The notes beneath the pieces were generated by a model. That model was not told the DNA's origin. It made no database searches and saw nothing but the letters and a program-made list of their open reading frames with translations. From an uncultured Bacilli bacterium (GTDB taxonomy: Bacteria; Bacillota_I; Bacilli_A; RF39; UBA660): a stretch of 64,000 nt of DNA. The translations under genes were made by a program, and so were the position numbers. Shown one piece after another: positions 60,408-64,000 of the stretch (position 1 is its first letter; each line of letters begins with the position of its first letter). Location of the stretch: positions 23,576 through 87,575 of the forward strand of contig CAKOHW010000005.1 of NCBI GenBank assembly GCA_934086185.1. The letters run 5' to 3'.

Positions 60408-61188
60408 TATGAATGTTGTTTCTGTTAAATTTAAAAATGATGGTAAATTATATTACTTTAATAGTGAAATAGAATTAAAACATAAGGATTATGTTTTAGT
60501 TGAAACTGAAAAAGGTATACAATTTGGTATAATTGAACATGAATCTATAAATAATGATAAAATTAAAAAAATACAAAATTTAAAAAATGTTATAAAAAAA
60601 GCAAATAAAAAAGATTATAATACTTATCTTAAAAATTTAAAAGATGCTGATATTGTATTATCTGATTTAAAAAGAAAAGTTATTGAAGATAATATTATAA
60701 TGAATATAATTGATGCTAGTTATACTTTTGATAGAAGTCAGTTAATTGTAAATTTTTTAGCAGATGAGAGAGTAGATTTTAGAGAATTAGTTAAGTATTT
60801 AGCAGCAAAATATAAAACTCATATTGAATTACATCAAGTTGGAGTTAGAGATAAAGCGAAGGAAATAGGTGGAATTGGACCTTGTGGTATGGTATTGTGT
60901 TGTAAAAGATTTAAAAGTAATATGGATGGTATTTCAATAAATATGGCTAAGAATCAAAATTTATCTTTAAATCCTTCCAAAATTAATGGATGTTGTGGTA
61001 GATTATTATGTTGTTTATCTTATGAAAACGAAACATATAAAGAATGTAAAAAGAAATATCCTAAAATTAATGAAGTTATTAAAATAGACAATCAAGATTG
61101 TAAAGTATTGAAAGTGGATATTTTAAGAAGTAAAATCACAGTTGATTGTAATGGTACAATAAAAGAAGTTGATTATAATGTTAAATGA
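60397..61188 (+). CDS. ricT: RicT/YaaT (PSP1 domain) regulatory protein
   Basis: N-terminus VVSVKFKNDGKLYYF. C-terminal Cys clusters GPCGMVLCCKRF / GCCGRLLCCLSYE. Confidence 0.8.
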   Translation: MMNNMNVVSVKFKNDGKLYYFNSEIELKHKDYVLVETEKGIQFGIIEHESINNDKIKKIQNLKNVIKKANKKDYNTYLKNLKDADIVLSDLKRKVIEDNIIMNIIDASYTFDRSQLIVNFLADERVDFRELVKYLAAKYKTHIELHQVGVRDKAKEIGGIGPCGMVLCCKRFKSNMDGISINMAKNQNLSLNPSKINGCCGRLLCCLSYENETYKECKKKYPKINEVIKIDNQDCKVLKVDILRSKITVDCNGTIKEVDYNVK

Positions 61189-61855
61189 TTTGTTATATTA
61201 TAATTTAAAAATATTTCAAAATGAAAATTATTTTAAATATTCCATTGATTCTATATTACTTGCAGAATTTGTAAATATAAATTTGAAAACAAAAAATATT
61301 TTAGATTTGTGTACTGGCAATGCTCCTATTCCCCTAGTTTTGTCTACTAAAACTGATAAAAATATTTATGGAGTAGAGCTTCAGAAAAATATTTATGAAT
61401 TAGGTGTAAAAAGTGTCGAATTTAATAAAATTGAAAATATTAAATTAATAAATGATGATGTAAAAAACATTTTGAATACATTTGATTTTAAATTTGATAT
61501 TATTACTTGTAATCCGCCATATTTTAAAGTTCATAAAAATAGTATTCTTAATAAAAATGATGTTTTAACTATTGCTAGACATGAAGTAAAAATTAATTTG
61601 GAAGATATTATAAGTATTTCATCAAAATTAATTAATCATAGTGGAAGTTTGTATTTGGTTCATAGGTGTGATAGATTAATTGAGCTTTTTTCAATATTAA
61701 AAAAGTATAATTTTGGATTAAGAAGATTACAATTTGTTTACAATAATAAAGATTGTGATTCATGTTTTATATTAATTGAAGCAAAATATTTATGTAAAGA
61801 TGATTTAAAAGTTTTAAAGCCTTTATTTGTTGAAGATTATTTGGAGGAAAAATGA
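61169..61855 (+). CDS. Class I SAM-dependent methyltransferase (YabB/TrmN6-like, NPPY)
   Basis: CNPPYF motif. Position after ricT. Confidence 0.55.
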   Translation: MIIMLNDLLYYNLKIFQNENYFKYSIDSILLAEFVNINLKTKNILDLCTGNAPIPLVLSTKTDKNIYGVELQKNIYELGVKSVEFNKIENIKLINDDVKNILNTFDFKFDIITCNPPYFKVHKNSILNKNDVLTIARHEVKINLEDIISISSKLINHSGSLYLVHRCDRLIELFSILKKYNFGLRRLQFVYNNKDCDSCFILIEAKYLCKDDLKVLKPLFVEDYLEEK

Positions 61856-62397
61856 AGTTAATTGTTGGTTTAGGAAATCCTGAAAAAAAGTATGATAACA
61901 CTCGTCATAACATTGGATTTATGGTATTAGATAATTATTTAGGGAAAGTCGATTATAAATCAAAATTTAATGGCTTGTATTATGAAAAAAATATTAATAA
62001 TGAAAAAGTTATATTTTTAAAACCACAAACATATATGAATAATTCCGGTTTGTCTGTTTTTGAATTTGTTAATTTTTATAAAATATCATTTAAAGATATA
62101 TTAATAATTCATGACGATTTAGATTTGGATGTAGGAATGATAAAATTTAAATTTAATAGTAGTAGTGGTGGGCATAATGGTATAAAATCTATTATTAATT
62201 GTTTAGGCTGTCAAGAGTTTTCAAGACTTAAAATTGGTATAAATAATGAGTATAAAAAAGATACTATTGATTTTGTATTAAGTAAATTTAGTAAAAAAGA
62301 TATAGAAAAATTAGATTTTGATAAGATTAATAATGCAATAAATGATTTTTTAAGTAATGATATTAATTATGTTATGAATATATATAATAGAAAGTGA
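61852..62397 (+). CDS. pth: Peptidyl-tRNA hydrolase
   Basis: MKLIVGLGNPEKKYDNTRHNIGF N-terminus. Confidence 0.9.
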   Translation: MKLIVGLGNPEKKYDNTRHNIGFMVLDNYLGKVDYKSKFNGLYYEKNINNEKVIFLKPQTYMNNSGLSVFEFVNFYKISFKDILIIHDDLDLDVGMIKFKFNSSSGGHNGIKSIINCLGCQEFSRLKIGINNEYKKDTIDFVLSKFSKKDIEKLDFDKINNAINDFLSNDINYVMNIYNRK

Positions 62398-62402
62398 TTT
62401 AT

Positions 62403-64000
62403 ATGTTTAATGAAATATTTGAATATAAAAATAATTTAACTATAACTGGTTTGAATTCTGCATTAATAAATGAATATATAATTAATTATTTTGAAACTAC
62501 AGATAAAAATGTATTGATTGTAACTGATTCATTATATGATGCTAATATGATTTATAAAGGTATACAGAAATTAAATGATAATGTATATCTTTTTCCGATG
62601 GATGAATTTGCAACTGTTCTTGCTATTAGTGCCAGTCCTGATCTCCGTGTAGTTAGAATTGATACTTTAAATAAAATTAGTAATAATAAAAGAAATATTA
62701 TTGTAACTAACTTGTCTGGATATTTAAAAAATATTGATAAAAAAATAGAAAATATTCATATTGATTATAAAACTAATAGAAAAGATATTGTTACTTTTTT
62801 AGAAAATAATTCTTATATTAAAACTAATTTAGTTACTAATACAGGTGAATATGCAATTAGAAATTTTATAATTGATATATATCCTATTCAAAGTGATGAA
62901 GCGATTAGAATAGAATTTTTCGGTGATAGTATTGAATCAATTAGAAAATTTGATGTTGAAAGTCAAATATCTAATTCTAATATCGATTGTTTTGATTTGT
63001 ATAGTTTTACTGATAATGGTAGTAATGAAAAAGAAAATATTATTGATAAATTAGATGATGTACAAGTATTTTTTCTAGACTATAAGAAAATATTAAATTC
63101 ATATAATTCTTTTCTTAATAATAAAGATACATTTGATAGTGAAATTTGCTTTTTTAATAGTTTAGATAAAATTAAATCATTAAATAATATATATATTAAT
63201 ACAATTGAAGACGTTCCAGTTGACAATAATATTATTAAATATCAATCTAAAGATATATTAAATTTTAATAATAATTTCGATAATTTGTATAGCTATGTAA
63301 AGAAAATGATAAGTGATTATTATATAGTTTTTATGTTGGAAAATGAAGTGTTAATAAATAAGATTATTTCTCTTTTTGGTAATGATATTTCTTTTAGTAA
63401 CATAATGAAAGATAGAGTAAATATTATTAAGAGAAATATAGAATCAGGTTTTATTTTTGATAAATATATTGTTATTTCTGAATATGATATTGAAAATGTT
63501 AAGAAAAAATCAGTTTTTATAAATCATTATAATATTGGTAGAAGAATTAAAGGTTTTGAAGACTTAAAAAAAGGTGATTATGTTGTTCATGTTGTACATG
63601 GCATTGGTCAGTATCAAGGTTTAGTTACTTTAGAAAATAATGGTATAAAAAAAGATTATTTGTTACTTAAATATGAAGGTAATGACAAAGTTTATATACC
63701 AGCTCAAAAAATTGAAACAATATATAAGTATGGTGATAATGATACTGTTAACCCTAAATTAAATAGTTTAAATAGTAATAATTGGATTAAGGCAAAAAAT
63801 AAAGCGAGAACTAAAATTCATGATATATCTGATGAATTAATAAAATTATATGCTGAAAGAGAACTTTCTGTTGGTGAAAAATATGTATCCATACCAGAAG
63901 AAGAATTATTTAATAGTGATTTTGAATATGAAGAAACTAAAGATCAATTGAAATCTATTAATGATATTTTAAATGATTTATCTAGCACAAAACCTATGGA
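62403..64000 (+). CDS. mfd: Transcription-repair coupling factor Mfd, N-terminal part (continues beyond the window)
   Basis: Frame stays open to the window end. RID motif region DYVVHVVHGIGQYQGL. Confidence 0.8.
   Translation, partial: MFNEIFEYKNNLTITGLNSALINEYIINYFETTDKNVLIVTDSLYDANMIYKGIQKLNDNVYLFPMDEFATVLAISASPDLRVVRIDTLNKISNNKRNIIVTNLSGYLKNIDKKIENIHIDYKTNRKDIVTFLENNSYIKTNLVTNTGEYAIRNFIIDIYPIQSDEAIRIEFFGDSIESIRKFDVESQISNSNIDCFDLYSFTDNGSNEKENIIDKLDDVQVFFLDYKKILNSYNSFLNNKDTFDSEICFFNSLDKIKSLNNIYINTIEDVPVDNNIIKYQSKDILNFNNNFDNLYSYVKKMISDYYIVFMLENEVLINKIISLFGNDISFSNIMKDRVNIIKRNIESGFIFDKYIVISEYDIENVKKKSVFINHYNIGRRIKGFEDLKKGDYVVHVVHGIGQYQGLVTLENNGIKKDYLLLKYEGNDKVYIPAQKIETIYKYGDNDTVNPKLNSLNSNNWIKAKNKARTKIHDISDELIKLYAERELSVGEKYVSIPEEELFNSDFEYEETKDQLKSINDILNDLSSTKPM

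Noticed and set aside
1-64000. CRISPR arrays, IS elements and prophage integrases
   Set aside because: No direct-repeat/spacer periodicity, transposase or integrase ORFs, or terminal inverted repeats flanking a gene block were seen anywhere in the window.

Overview
This window is a very AT-rich (roughly 25-30% GC), standard-genetic-code Firmicutes chromosome segment that spans the replication origin. It looks like an endospore former, since it carries RNA polymerase delta (rpoE), spoIID, a spoIIQ-like gene, spoIIR, bofA, ricT, jag and a comK homolog.

The conserved backbone runs rpmH-rnpA-yidC-jag-mnmE-mnmG-rsmG-(noc-like parB) on the minus strand. The oriC region with degenerate DnaA boxes follows, and then dnaA-dnaN-(comK homolog)-recF-gyrB-gyrA-[two parS sites + a compact SRP RNA]-tadA-dnaX-ybaB-recR-bofA-holB-ricT-methyltransferase-pth-mfd on the plus strand.

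The left half (1-30 kb) is more accessory. It holds the partial clpB 3' end and several membrane-anchored cell-wall enzymes that share DUF5011-like Ig domains (a NodB deacetylase, a VanY carboxypeptidase, an L,D-transpeptidase and a GH25 lysozyme). The addB and addA genes are split by an inserted CPBP-protease/LDT pair, and an extra UvrD-like helicase follows addA. A murD gene is translationally coupled to an uncharacterised PP-loop ATPase. There are NUDIX and HD hydrolases, and a small island of unannotatable genes (370 aa, 66 aa membrane, 89 aa Zn-ribbon) sits beside a complete AbiEi/AbiEii type IV toxin-antitoxin pair with a palindromic promoter-operator. These are followed by recG, a candidate small RNA, pyruvate:ferredoxin oxidoreductase, spoIID, rpiB, rpmE, murA, spoIIR, prmC, prfA, rpoE and a class A PBP.

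The most distinctive sequence-level observations are as follows. Two perfect parS palindromes (TGTTTCACGTGAAACA) and two perfect Noc-binding-site palindromes (ATTTCCCGGGAAAT, one inside dnaX) are present. However, the only ParB-family gene at the canonical locus is Noc-type by its specificity residues, and soj/spo0J, yaaA and yabA are absent. A ComK-family gene is embedded in the dnaA operon behind a consensus DnaA box. A WbuX/PseA-like PP-loop enzyme is fused into the murD operon. An unannotated promoter-hairpin-terminator element lies between recG and the PFOR gene.
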